Positions 8,548-17,357 of a stretch of DNA of 35,924 bases are shown here, in pieces. Position 1 is the first letter of the stretch. Each line of letters begins with the position of its first letter. Origin of the DNA: an uncultured Neptunicoccus sp. (lineage in GTDB: Bacteria > Pseudomonadota > Alphaproteobacteria > Rhodobacterales > Rhodobacteraceae); contig CAYWIR010000001.1 of assembly GCA_964458375.1 (NCBI GenBank), positions 1-35,924 on the forward strand, in the 5' to 3' direction. The notes under the pieces were generated by a model. The model saw nothing but the letters and a program-made list of their open reading frames with translations, was not told the DNA's origin and did no database searches. A program made the position numbers and the translations under genes.

Positions 8548-10065
8548 ATGGATAACCTACTGTCAGGTTTAGAAATGCTGGCCCGCTGGGACGTGATTGT
8601 TGCTCTGCTGGTCGGCTCTATCGGCGGCGTCATCATCGGGGCCATCCCTGGTGTCGGCCCTGCGGTGGCGATCGCGATTCTGTTGCCAGCAACCTTTTCT
8701 CTTGATCCCATCGTGGGTTTGACCGTGCTTTTGGGCATCTACGGATCATCCATGTACGGGGGGGCAATCCCTGCCGTTCTGATCAACACCCCTGGCACGG
8801 CAGTTAACGCGCTCACGTCCTATGACGGCTATCCCATGACACAACGGGGCGAAGCGCACCGCGCCGTTTCACTGGCATACAGCGCATCGTTTTGGGGCGG
8901 TATTTTTGGCATTCTTTGCCTCATCTTCCTGTCCCCTCTCCTTGCGATCATCGCGCCCATGTTTGGCAGTCGTGAAATCTTCCTCGCCGCGCTTCTCGGT
9001 ATTATCCTTGTGATCCTCGCCCATCGCGGCCAAATCTTTGCGGCAGGTATGCTCGCCATGTTTGGGATATTCTTACAAACAGTTGGGCTAGACGCGGTCA
9101 CCTACTCACAACGCTACACCTTCGGGTACAGCTTTCTCAGCTCAGGCGTGAATCTCATCGTCGTCGTCCTTGGCCTGTTTGCCCTGAGCCAAGCGTTCTT
9201 CCTACTGACCGCGCCCGACAGCAGCCCAGACGCGAAACCAGTGACGGGCAAAGTCACCGCTGGCCTTAAGGAATTGATGGGCCACAAACGCATCGCCACC
9301 GTCGCCAGCGGCTTTGGCGTGATCCTCGGCATGATCCCAGGAACAGGCGAATTCACCGCCCAATTCATGAGCTACACCTACGCCCGTAAAACATCCAAAA
9401 CACCCGAACAATTCGGCAACGGCTCACCCGAAGGGCTGGTGGCATCCGAAGCCGCGAACAACGCCGTTCCCGCCGCAGCCATGATCCCACTCCTTGCCCT
9501 TGGCATCCCTGGTGAGGCGTTGACCGCCATGATGCTGTCCGTGTTTTACGTCCACAACGTCATCCCTGGCCCGCAACTCTTCCAAAACAACATCGACCTT
9601 GTGTATGGCCTCTATTTCGCGCTGATCGCGCTAAACGTCATCGTGTTTGTGTTCCTGTTGTTTTCCACGAACCTGCTAACCAAAATCATACGCATCCCCA
9701 CACGGTTCCTTGGCGTGATGATCCTGATCCTGTCTTTTGTCGGCGTGTACTCTTTGCGCAACTCCCTGACAGACTGCATGATCGCAGCAGGCTTTGGTAT
9801 TCTTGGCCTGATCCTCAAACGTTTGAACCTGCCAATTGTTCCGATCATCCTCGGTATGGTCTTGGGCGGCATAATGGAGGTGAAACTCCGTTCTGCAATG
9901 CCGCGCCTTAAAACACCGTTTGATATGATCGACCGACCAATCGCATTCATCCTCTTCGCGCTTATCGTCTTAGTTCTCGCCTTGCACCTGCGCACTTTGT
10001 TCAAAGAAATGCGCGCAACACCATCATCTGATGATCACAATCTTCATGACACACAGCAGCGGTAA
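8548..10065 (+). CDS. tctA: TTT large membrane subunit, TctA family
   Basis: GAIPGVG, YGGAIPAVLINTPGT, DGYPM, ASEAANNA, IPLLALGIPG, PIILGMVLG; highly hydrophobic, 505 aa. Confidence 0.93.
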   Translation: MDNLLSGLEMLARWDVIVALLVGSIGGVIIGAIPGVGPAVAIAILLPATFSLDPIVGLTVLLGIYGSSMYGGAIPAVLINTPGTAVNALTSYDGYPMTQRGEAHRAVSLAYSASFWGGIFGILCLIFLSPLLAIIAPMFGSREIFLAALLGIILVILAHRGQIFAAGMLAMFGIFLQTVGLDAVTYSQRYTFGYSFLSSGVNLIVVVLGLFALSQAFFLLTAPDSSPDAKPVTGKVTAGLKELMGHKRIATVASGFGVILGMIPGTGEFTAQFMSYTYARKTSKTPEQFGNGSPEGLVASEAANNAVPAAAMIPLLALGIPGEALTAMMLSVFYVHNVIPGPQLFQNNIDLVYGLYFALIALNVIVFVFLLFSTNLLTKIIRIPTRFLGVMILILSFVGVYSLRNSLTDCMIAAGFGILGLILKRLNLPIVPIILGMVLGGIMEVKLRSAMPRLKTPFDMIDRPIAFILFALIVLVLALHLRTLFKEMRATPSSDDHNLHDTQQR

Positions 10066-10068
10066 AAC

Positions 10069-11553
10069 ATGACCACCCAAGCCCAAATCGACGCGATCCG
10101 CGCAGAGAAAATCCCCCCTCAGCAGCTGTTCATTGATGGCCAGCACGTGGCGGGAACTGCTGACGCAATGCAGGTCACTTCGCCCATCGACGGCTCTGAC
10201 CTCACCACAATCGCAAACGCAACAAGCGCCGAGGTCGACCGCGCTGTGGCCTCCGCCCGTGCAGCGTTCAACGATGGCCGCTGGTCAAATCTACCCCCAG
10301 CCGCCCGCAAAAAGACCTTGTTCGCCATTGCGGACGCAATCGAAGCAGAGGCATTGTCGCTCTCTATCCTTGGTGTGCGCGACAACGGAACAGAATTTGC
10401 CATGGCCTTCAAAGCCGAGGCAGGCTCCGCCGCGGGAACCTTCCGCTACTACGCCGAAGCGCTCGACAAAACGCCCGGCGAAATCGCACCCACGGCCCCC
10501 AACACGCTCGGCCTTGTCCATCACGAACCTGTCGGTGTTGTGGCCGCAATCATCCCTTGGAACTTTCCCTTAATGATCGGCGCATGGAAACTTGCACCCG
10601 CGCTCGCCACTGGCAACTCCGTCGTTCTGAAGCCTGCCGAAACAGCATCCCTTTCCCTCCTTCGCCTTGCCGAAATTTGTTCTGCCGCTGGTTTGCCAGA
10701 CGGCGTCTTCAATGTAGTCACTGGGGATGGCCGCATCGCAGGTGACGCGCTCGCTCGGTCAATGGATGTTGATGTACTGGCCTTCACAGGATCAGGCGTC
10801 ACAGGCCGTAAACTTCTCGAAGCCGCAGCCCAATCGAACCTAAAAAGAGTCTATCTGGAACTTGGCGGCAAATCCCCGAACATCGTCTTTGCAGACGCGC
10901 CTGATCTGGACCATGCCGCCAAAGTCTCGGCCGCTGGCATCTTTCGCAATTCGGGCCAAGTTTGTGTGGCTGGCTCTCGCCTCCTTGTCGAACGCTCCAT
11001 CCACGATGATTTTGTTGCCGCATTGAAACACCACGCCGAAGCCATGCGCGTTGGCGATCCGCTCGATCTGGAAACCCAAATCGGCGCGGTGAACTCTGAA
11101 CGCCAATTGGCAGGAAATTTATCCCTGACAGCCGCCGCCATAGAAGAGGGCGCAGAATGCATCACGGGTGGCTCACGTATCCTTGGCCAAACAGGGGGCA
11201 CCTATATGGCGCCAACGATCCTGCAAAACGTCGATAGAACCAACACCATCTTCAAAAACGAAGTCTTCGGCCCTGTCCTCTCGGTCACACCCTTCGATAC
11301 AGAAGAAGAAGCGGTCAGCCTTGCCAACGACAGCGACCTCGGGCTCGCGTCTGGGGTCTGGACAGCGAACCTGTCCCGCGCCCACCGCATGATCCGCGCT
11401 CTCCAAGCAGGCGTTGTCCACGTGAACACCTACGGCGGCGCAGACAACACAGTACCTCTTGGCGGGCACAAACAATCGGGCAACGGGTCAGATAAATCGC
11501 TGCACGCCCTGTCCAAATACACCAACCTCAAAACCGCATGGATACAGCTTTGA
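10069..11553 (+). CDS. NAD(P)-dependent aldehyde dehydrogenase (PuuC/aminoaldehyde dehydrogenase-like)
   Basis: PWNFP, KPAE, FTGS, LELGGKSP (catalytic Glu), SGQVCVAG (catalytic Cys), EVFGP, PLGGHKQSGNG. Confidence 0.93.
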   Translation: MTTQAQIDAIRAEKIPPQQLFIDGQHVAGTADAMQVTSPIDGSDLTTIANATSAEVDRAVASARAAFNDGRWSNLPPAARKKTLFAIADAIEAEALSLSILGVRDNGTEFAMAFKAEAGSAAGTFRYYAEALDKTPGEIAPTAPNTLGLVHHEPVGVVAAIIPWNFPLMIGAWKLAPALATGNSVVLKPAETASLSLLRLAEICSAAGLPDGVFNVVTGDGRIAGDALARSMDVDVLAFTGSGVTGRKLLEAAAQSNLKRVYLELGGKSPNIVFADAPDLDHAAKVSAAGIFRNSGQVCVAGSRLLVERSIHDDFVAALKHHAEAMRVGDPLDLETQIGAVNSERQLAGNLSLTAAAIEEGAECITGGSRILGQTGGTYMAPTILQNVDRTNTIFKNEVFGPVLSVTPFDTEEEAVSLANDSDLGLASGVWTANLSRAHRMIRALQAGVVHVNTYGGADNTVPLGGHKQSGNGSDKSLHALSKYTNLKTAWIQL

Positions 11554-12827
11554 CCAAAACGCAATCCCTCCTTAATCGCCGCGATGCGGTGCTTGGCCCG
11601 AACATGTCCACCTTCTACGAAGACCCCGTGCATCTGGTGCGCGGAGAAGGTGTCTGGCTGTGGGACGCTGACGGCAAGAAATATCTCGACTGCTACAACA
11701 ACGTGCCCCATGTGGGCCACTGCCACCCCCATGTGGTCAACGCGATTGCGAAACAAGCCGCGACCTTAAACACCCACACACGCTATTTGCACGAAGGCAT
11801 TCTCGATTACACCGAACGCCTGACAGCCACATTCGATGATCCGTTAAACACCGCCTTACTGTGTTGCACAGGGTCCGAGGCAAATGATGTCGCCCTTCGG
11901 ATGGCCGAAGCAATGACAGGCAAAACGGGTTTGATCGCAACCGATCACACCTACCACGGCAACACTTCGACCGTGTCCCAACTGTCCATGACAAATACGC
12001 CAAAGCTCGGCAAATCAAACCACATCCGCTTTGTCCCAACACCCGACAGCTATCGCCCTGCCAGCAACGACCCCGCACAATATTTTGCCGATCAAGTGGC
12101 CGAAAAAATCAAAGAGCTACAGGCCACAGAACACGGCTTCTCTGCCCTCATCCTCTGTCCATTTTTTGCCAATGAAGGCTTTCCCGATCTGCCAGCAGGG
12201 TTCCTCGACCCGACACTAAAGGTGGTCCACGCGGCAGGCGGGCTTCTCATCGCGGACGAGGTCCAGCCAGGGTTTGGTCGCATTGGCTCCCACTTTTGGG
12301 GCCACCAGTACCAAGGCATCACACCAGACATCGTGACCATCGGTAAACCCATGGGCAACGGCCACCCGATTGCTGGGGTCGTCACCCGCGCCGATGTCAT
12401 GCACGAATTCCGCACCGCTTTCCGCTATTTCAACACGTTTGGCGGTAATCCAGTGTCTTGCGCCGCCGCAATGGCAGTCCTCGACGTCATAGAAAACGAA
12501 GAGCTGATGGCACAGGCAGCAGACGTGGGGGATTACGCAAAGTCCATGCTGCAAGACCTTGCTAAGAAACACAAAATCATTGGCGATGTGCGTGGTAAGG
12601 GTCTGTTCTTTGGCGCTGAAATGGTGACGGATCGCACCAGCAAAGCCCCTGCCAGCGACTATATCTTGCGGGTGATCGAAGAACTTCGAAATCGTGGTGT
12701 CTTGCTCAACAAAATCGGCGTGCATTACAACACGTTAAAAATTCGCCCGAACCTGCAATTCACCCGCGCAAATGCCGATCAGTTGATCGAAACACTCGAC
12801 GCCGTGCTAACGGACATTACGCCATGA
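11538..12827 (+). CDS. Class III PLP enzyme of the AGXT2L/ETNPPL/PHYKPL type, probable amino-alcohol-phosphate phospho-lyase
   Basis: YLDCYNNVPHVGHCHP, HTRYLH, GSEANDVALR, YHGNT, ADEVQPGFGR, GKPMGNGHP, YFNTFGGNPVS, LKIRP. Start may be TTG 11550, overlapping the ALDH stop (TTGA). Confidence 0.8.
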   Translation: MDTALTKTQSLLNRRDAVLGPNMSTFYEDPVHLVRGEGVWLWDADGKKYLDCYNNVPHVGHCHPHVVNAIAKQAATLNTHTRYLHEGILDYTERLTATFDDPLNTALLCCTGSEANDVALRMAEAMTGKTGLIATDHTYHGNTSTVSQLSMTNTPKLGKSNHIRFVPTPDSYRPASNDPAQYFADQVAEKIKELQATEHGFSALILCPFFANEGFPDLPAGFLDPTLKVVHAAGGLLIADEVQPGFGRIGSHFWGHQYQGITPDIVTIGKPMGNGHPIAGVVTRADVMHEFRTAFRYFNTFGGNPVSCAAAMAVLDVIENEELMAQAADVGDYAKSMLQDLAKKHKIIGDVRGKGLFFGAEMVTDRTSKAPASDYILRVIEELRNRGVLLNKIGVHYNTLKIRPNLQFTRANADQLIETLDAVLTDITP

Positions 12828-13765
12828 CTTTGGCCCGCGATGCCCTGCTGAATTGGGATATTCAGCCAACCAATGTTGCGCTCGCGGCGGAGCGTGAAAA
12901 CAAGGTTTACCGTATCACAACCGCCCAAGGTGAATACGCTTTGCGCCAGCACCGTGCAGGATACCGCACCGATGCACAGCTTGCATCAGAACTGAATTGG
13001 ATGGCCGCGCTCGATGCGGCGGGCCTCAACGTGCCTCAACCCATCCAAACCAAAGACGGCGCTTTCCTTGTCGTTGTTGACGGGGCGCAATTTGACATGC
13101 TCTCGTGGCTGCCTGGCAAACAGCTTGGCGCACATGGCACCCCGCTTGACCTCGACCACCCTGAACAAACGTTTCACACGCTTGGCCAGTCCATGGCACG
13201 GCTCCACTTTGCATCGGATGCTTGGACGCCGCCTACGGGTTTCACCCGCCCTGCATGGGATGCGGATGGCTTGCTTGGGGAAACGCCGCTATGGGGGCGG
13301 TTCTGGGAAAACCCAAGTCTGGTCCATGGGCAAAAAGAACTGTTCGAACGGTTCCGCCAGGATGCCCAAACGGCCCTTGCCGAAGGCGACCACGATTTCG
13401 GATTGATCCACGCAGATCTTTTGCGCGAAAACGTCCTTGTGGATGGCAACACGCTCCGCCTCATCGACTTTGACGATGGAGGCGCTGGCTTTCGCTTGTT
13501 CGAACTGGCCACCACCTTGTTCCGCCTAAAGGGTGAGCCAAAAGAAGCAGAACTCACCACCGCGCTGATCGACGGATACCAATCAATCCGCCCAATCAAC
13601 ATCACACATTTACCCCTGTTCATCGCCCTTCGCGCCTGCACCTATGTCGGCTGGATCGTGACACGCATGGAAATCCCAAACGCCGAAGCGCGCAACATCG
13701 AACACATCGCAAACGCCACACAAGCCGTTGCAAATTGGCTAGAAACGGAACCTTCTTATGTCTGA
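12824..13765 (+). CDS. APH/homoserine kinase type II-like phosphotransferase (hydroxylysine-kinase-like)
   Basis: REN.VY N-lobe, YALR.HR, Brenner motif HADLLRENVL, metal-binding IDFDD; ATGA overlap with the upstream gene. Confidence 0.85.
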   Translation: MTLARDALLNWDIQPTNVALAAERENKVYRITTAQGEYALRQHRAGYRTDAQLASELNWMAALDAAGLNVPQPIQTKDGAFLVVVDGAQFDMLSWLPGKQLGAHGTPLDLDHPEQTFHTLGQSMARLHFASDAWTPPTGFTRPAWDADGLLGETPLWGRFWENPSLVHGQKELFERFRQDAQTALAEGDHDFGLIHADLLRENVLVDGNTLRLIDFDDGGAGFRLFELATTLFRLKGEPKEAELTTALIDGYQSIRPINITHLPLFIALRACTYVGWIVTRMEIPNAEARNIEHIANATQAVANWLETEPSYV

Positions 13766-14990
13766 CAAAACCATCCTGATCGTCGGAACCTACGACACAA
13801 AAGACGACGAACTCTTGTACATGGCAGAACGCATCACATCCCAAGGTGGTGGCGTTTTAACCATGGATATCAGCGTTCTAGGCGATCCATCTCAACCCTG
13901 TGATATCACCAAACACGATGTGGCAACGGCCGCTGACAGCTCCATCCAAGCAGCAATTGACTCTGGGGACGAAAACACGGCCATGCAGATTATGGCCCGT
14001 GGCTCATCCGCTCTGGCCCAAAAACTGCACGCTGAAGGCAAATTTGATGGCGTCGTTATTCTTGGCGGTACAATGGGTACAGATGTGGCGCTCGATATCT
14101 GCCAAGCCTTGCCCATGGGCGTCCCCAAATACGTGGTCTCAACCGTTTCATTCTCACCGATCATCCCCCCAGATCGCTTGTCAGCTGACATTCAAATGAT
14201 CCTCTGGGCGGGCGGACTTTATGGCCTCAACTCCGTCTGCAAAGCATCCTTATCACAAGCGGCAGGCGCCGTCCTTGGCGCGGCTCGTTCTGTGGAACCT
14301 CCAAGCAACGATCGACCCATTGTTGGCATGACATCGCTTGGCTCTTCCTGTCTGAAATACATGAAGTTGCTGAAACCAGCCCTTGAAGGCCGTGGCTTCG
14401 AGGTCGCCATTTTCCACGCCACGGGCATGGGCGGCATGGCATTTGAATCGCTGGCACGACAAGGCAAATTCTGCTGTGTTATGGATTTCGCACTGCCCGA
14501 ACTTGGCAATCTGCTGGCTGGGTCCGTTGTCAACGGTGGCACGGATCGGATGCTGAACGCTGGTCTGTCAAATACACCCCAAATTGTGGCCCCCGGCTGC
14601 CTCGACTTAATCGACTTTGCAGGTTGGCAGGACATTCCAGATCGATACCAAGACCGCCCGTTCCATGAACACAATCGCCTGATCAAGTCTTCAGCCCTGA
14701 ACAACGAAGAACGCCGCGAAACGGCCCAAGCAATTGCTGAACGCCTGTCCAAATCACCCGTCCCAACGCACTTTATCATGCCCCTGCAAGGCATTGAAGA
14801 ATGGGATAAAGAAGGCGATGTGGCCCATGATCCAGAAGGTCTGGCCGCCTTCACCGATGAGGTGCGCACTGTCATGAAAACACCAATTTCCCTAAGCGAA
14901 GTTGACGCCCACATCAACGATCAAGCCTTTGCGGATAAAGCGCTAGAAATCTTTGACGCTTGGGTCGCGGACGGTACGATAAAAAGCTAA
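13758..14990 (+). CDS. Tm-1-like ATP-binding domain protein (UPF0261)
   Basis: GTYDTKDDE, GGTMGT, LPMGVPKYVVST, GLN, FHATGMGG, PQIVAPG, HIND..FA; overlaps the kinase stop by 8 nt. Confidence 0.9.
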   Translation: MSDKTILIVGTYDTKDDELLYMAERITSQGGGVLTMDISVLGDPSQPCDITKHDVATAADSSIQAAIDSGDENTAMQIMARGSSALAQKLHAEGKFDGVVILGGTMGTDVALDICQALPMGVPKYVVSTVSFSPIIPPDRLSADIQMILWAGGLYGLNSVCKASLSQAAGAVLGAARSVEPPSNDRPIVGMTSLGSSCLKYMKLLKPALEGRGFEVAIFHATGMGGMAFESLARQGKFCCVMDFALPELGNLLAGSVVNGGTDRMLNAGLSNTPQIVAPGCLDLIDFAGWQDIPDRYQDRPFHEHNRLIKSSALNNEERRETAQAIAERLSKSPVPTHFIMPLQGIEEWDKEGDVAHDPEGLAAFTDEVRTVMKTPISLSEVDAHINDQAFADKALEIFDAWVADGTIKS

Positions 14991-14994
14991 CCAT

Positions 14995-16038
14995 TCACCG
15001 CTTCGCTGCAACATCCCAAACCTTGCGCATCACTGTTGGCAAATCCGATGGGGAAAACACATCCCGTTGAATGAACGTGCCCAAAGATGGCTCTTCGTTC
15101 ACGCCCTCTGCGACAAAAACGGACAGTTCCAGATGGAAATGCGTGAACGTGTGGCGCACGTCACCAACCTCGCGCCACGCCCCTTGCATGGGCGGCGTCC
15201 CTTGCACTGGGTCTTCTTGCCATTCTGATCCGGGCCAGCCGAGCATGCCGCCCAACAATCCCTTTTCAGGCCGCCGTTCCATTAACACCGCGCCATCCGA
15301 ACGGATCGCCACAAAGGCCACACCTTGCCTTACAGGTTTCGCCTTTTTCGGCGTTTTGCGCGGATAGGTCGCCGCATCCCCCGCCTTGCGCCCCTCGCAC
15401 ACGTCCATCCATGGGCAAATCCCGCAAGCAGGGGAGCGCGGCGTGCAGATCGTCGCCCCCAAGTCCATCACCGCTTGCGCATAATCCCCGCAACGGTCCT
15501 TCGGCGTTAACTGATCCGCATATCCACGCAACGTTTCCTTAGACGCTGGAAGCGGCTCTTCCACGCGATAAAGCCGCGCCATAACCCGTTCCACATTCCC
15601 ATCCAAAACAACAGCACGCCGATCGAACGCAATCGACGCCATGGCCGCAGCCGTATAGGGGCCAACCCCCGGCAGCTTAAGCAGTTCATCGTAAGTATCT
15701 GGAAACACACACTCTAAATCATGTGCCACCACCCGCGCACATTTCAGCAAATTGCGGGCGCGGGCATAATACCCAAGCCCAGCCCAAGCCGCCATGACAT
15801 CCGCATCCTCCGCCGCAGCCAAATCAGACACCGTCGGCCACTTTGCCACAAACTTCTGGTGATACTCCCTCACTGCTGCAACGGTGGTTTGCTGCAACAT
15901 CACCTCGGACAACCAAATATGATAGGGATCAGGCACGACACCCGCTTTGCGATCCGTTGGCGAAACACGCCACGGCATGTCACGTGCATGCACATCGTAC
16001 CAGTCCAGCAGGACCGAAGCCTGTTCAGTATAACGCAA
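14995..16038 (-). CDS. mutY: A/G-specific adenine DNA glycosylase
   Basis: WLSEVMLQQT, WAGLGYYARARNL, HhH LPGVGPYTA, DGNVERV, 4Fe-4S motif CTPRSPACGICPWMDVC, HTFTHF; TTG start. Confidence 0.97.
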   Translation of the reverse strand: MRYTEQASVLLDWYDVHARDMPWRVSPTDRKAGVVPDPYHIWLSEVMLQQTTVAAVREYHQKFVAKWPTVSDLAAAEDADVMAAWAGLGYYARARNLLKCARVVAHDLECVFPDTYDELLKLPGVGPYTAAAMASIAFDRRAVVLDGNVERVMARLYRVEEPLPASKETLRGYADQLTPKDRCGDYAQAVMDLGATICTPRSPACGICPWMDVCEGRKAGDAATYPRKTPKKAKPVRQGVAFVAIRSDGAVLMERRPEKGLLGGMLGWPGSEWQEDPVQGTPPMQGAWREVGDVRHTFTHFHLELSVFVAEGVNEEPSLGTFIQRDVFSPSDLPTVMRKVWDVAAKR

Positions 16039-16118
16039 TTTTTATCACCCGCCCCCGTGTAACTTGTGACATACACCCTAAGTCGACGTAAGATAGCGTG
16101 AATCAAAGGTAAATCACT

Positions 16119-16658
16119 ATGCCACCCGCAAACGCGAAAAAACCACAGGCCAAGCTGAAGCGTCCCAAACGCCTGAGCCGTGGATTTGCGCAAACAGGCG
16201 GCATTTTAAGCAAGCAAATCCGCAAAGCATCTGAAACCCGTGGGTTTTCAGAGACCCGCCTGTTGACCCATTGGGCCGAAATTGCGGGGCCCGCAGTCGC
16301 AAAAATCGCGCGGCCCGTTAAGGTGGGTTATACCCGTCAGGGCATGGGTGCGACACTGACCTTGCTAACAACAGGGGCAAACGCGCCGATGGTGCAAATG
16401 CAACTGCCCCAAATCAAAGAACGCGTGAACGCCACCTATGGCTATGCCGCAATCAGCCGCATTCATATCACCCAAACGGCCCCCATAGGGTTCGCCGAAG
16501 GGCAAACCAGTTTTGAACACAACAAGCCCAAAAAACGTGTGCTTGAACCCCAAGAAAAGGCGCATGTTCAATCCACAGTGTCCGACGTTTCAGATGATCG
16601 GCTAAAGGCCGCGCTTGCCACCCTTGGCGAAAATATTCTATCCAAACCCCGAAGTTGA
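16119..16658 (+). CDS. DUF721/DciA-family protein
   Basis: RGF...LLTHWAEIAG...RPVKV...GATLTL...IKERVNATYGYAAISRIHITQ; the mutY-DUF721-DsbA order is typical of alphaproteobacteria. Confidence 0.85.
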   Translation: MPPANAKKPQAKLKRPKRLSRGFAQTGGILSKQIRKASETRGFSETRLLTHWAEIAGPAVAKIARPVKVGYTRQGMGATLTLLTTGANAPMVQMQLPQIKERVNATYGYAAISRIHITQTAPIGFAEGQTSFEHNKPKKRVLEPQEKAHVQSTVSDVSDDRLKAALATLGENILSKPRS

Positions 16659-16677
16659 ATTCAGAGAGGATCACCCA

Positions 16678-17280
16678 ATGATCACCCGCCGCACCGCTTT
16701 GGCCGCTATGGCCGCTACGCCCCTCCTGGGCACCAAAACACTGGCAGAAGACGCCATCGAAGTGAAAGAAATGTCGCTTGGCAATCCCGATGCGACCGTC
16801 ACAGTGATGGAATACGCGTCCTACACCTGCCCCCATTGCGCCAACTTTCACACCAACACATATCCGCTTTTGAAAACGAACTACATCGACACCGACAAAA
16901 TCAACTTCATCTACCGCGATGTATATTTTGATCGGTTTGGCCTTTGGGCGTCCATCATTGCGCGCTGTGACGAAACCAAATTCTTTGGCATCACAGATAT
17001 GATCTACAAACGCCAAGCGGAATGGTCCCGTGCGGGCGACACCGCAACTGTTGTGCAGGAATTGCGCAAAATTGGCATCATCGCTGGCCTGTCCAATGCG
17101 CAGCTCGACGAATGTTTGGGCCATCAAGCCATGGCAGAAGCGCTCGTGGCACGGTTCCAAGAAACCACCGCTGCGGATGAAGTGAACTCCACTCCAACAC
17201 TGTTTGTGAATGGAACCAAGTACACAAACATGTCCTACCCAGAGCTGTCAATTTTGATCGACCAAGCACTCGAGTCATAA
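16678..17280 (+). CDS. DsbA-family thiol:disulfide oxidoreductase with a probable Tat signal
   Basis: TRRTAL twin-arginine leader, EYASYTCPHCA (CxxC), cis-Pro loop STPT; GAGGA SD before ATG 16678. Confidence 0.92.
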   Translation: MITRRTALAAMAATPLLGTKTLAEDAIEVKEMSLGNPDATVTVMEYASYTCPHCANFHTNTYPLLKTNYIDTDKINFIYRDVYFDRFGLWASIIARCDETKFFGITDMIYKRQAEWSRAGDTATVVQELRKIGIIAGLSNAQLDECLGHQAMAEALVARFQETTAADEVNSTPTLFVNGTKYTNMSYPELSILIDQALES

Positions 17281-17317
17281 GACCACTCTGCACTGGATGG
17301 TTCTTTTGAAAAAGATT

Positions 17318-17356
17318 AGGCTTTCTGAAACTTGAACCGTTTCGGAAAGCCTTTTT
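17318..17356 (+). terminator. Terminator-like hairpin after dsbA, abutting the CaiB start codon
   Basis: AGGCTTTCTGAAAC / GTTTCGGAAAGCCT stem (one G-U pair) running into a T5 tract. Confidence 0.55.
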
Positions 17357-17357
17357 C

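Noticed and set aside
12824-13765. Aminoglycoside resistance gene or thrB call for the kinase
   Set aside because: Only the generic APH-fold motifs are shared; operon coupling to a phospho-lyase-like enzyme points to catabolism.
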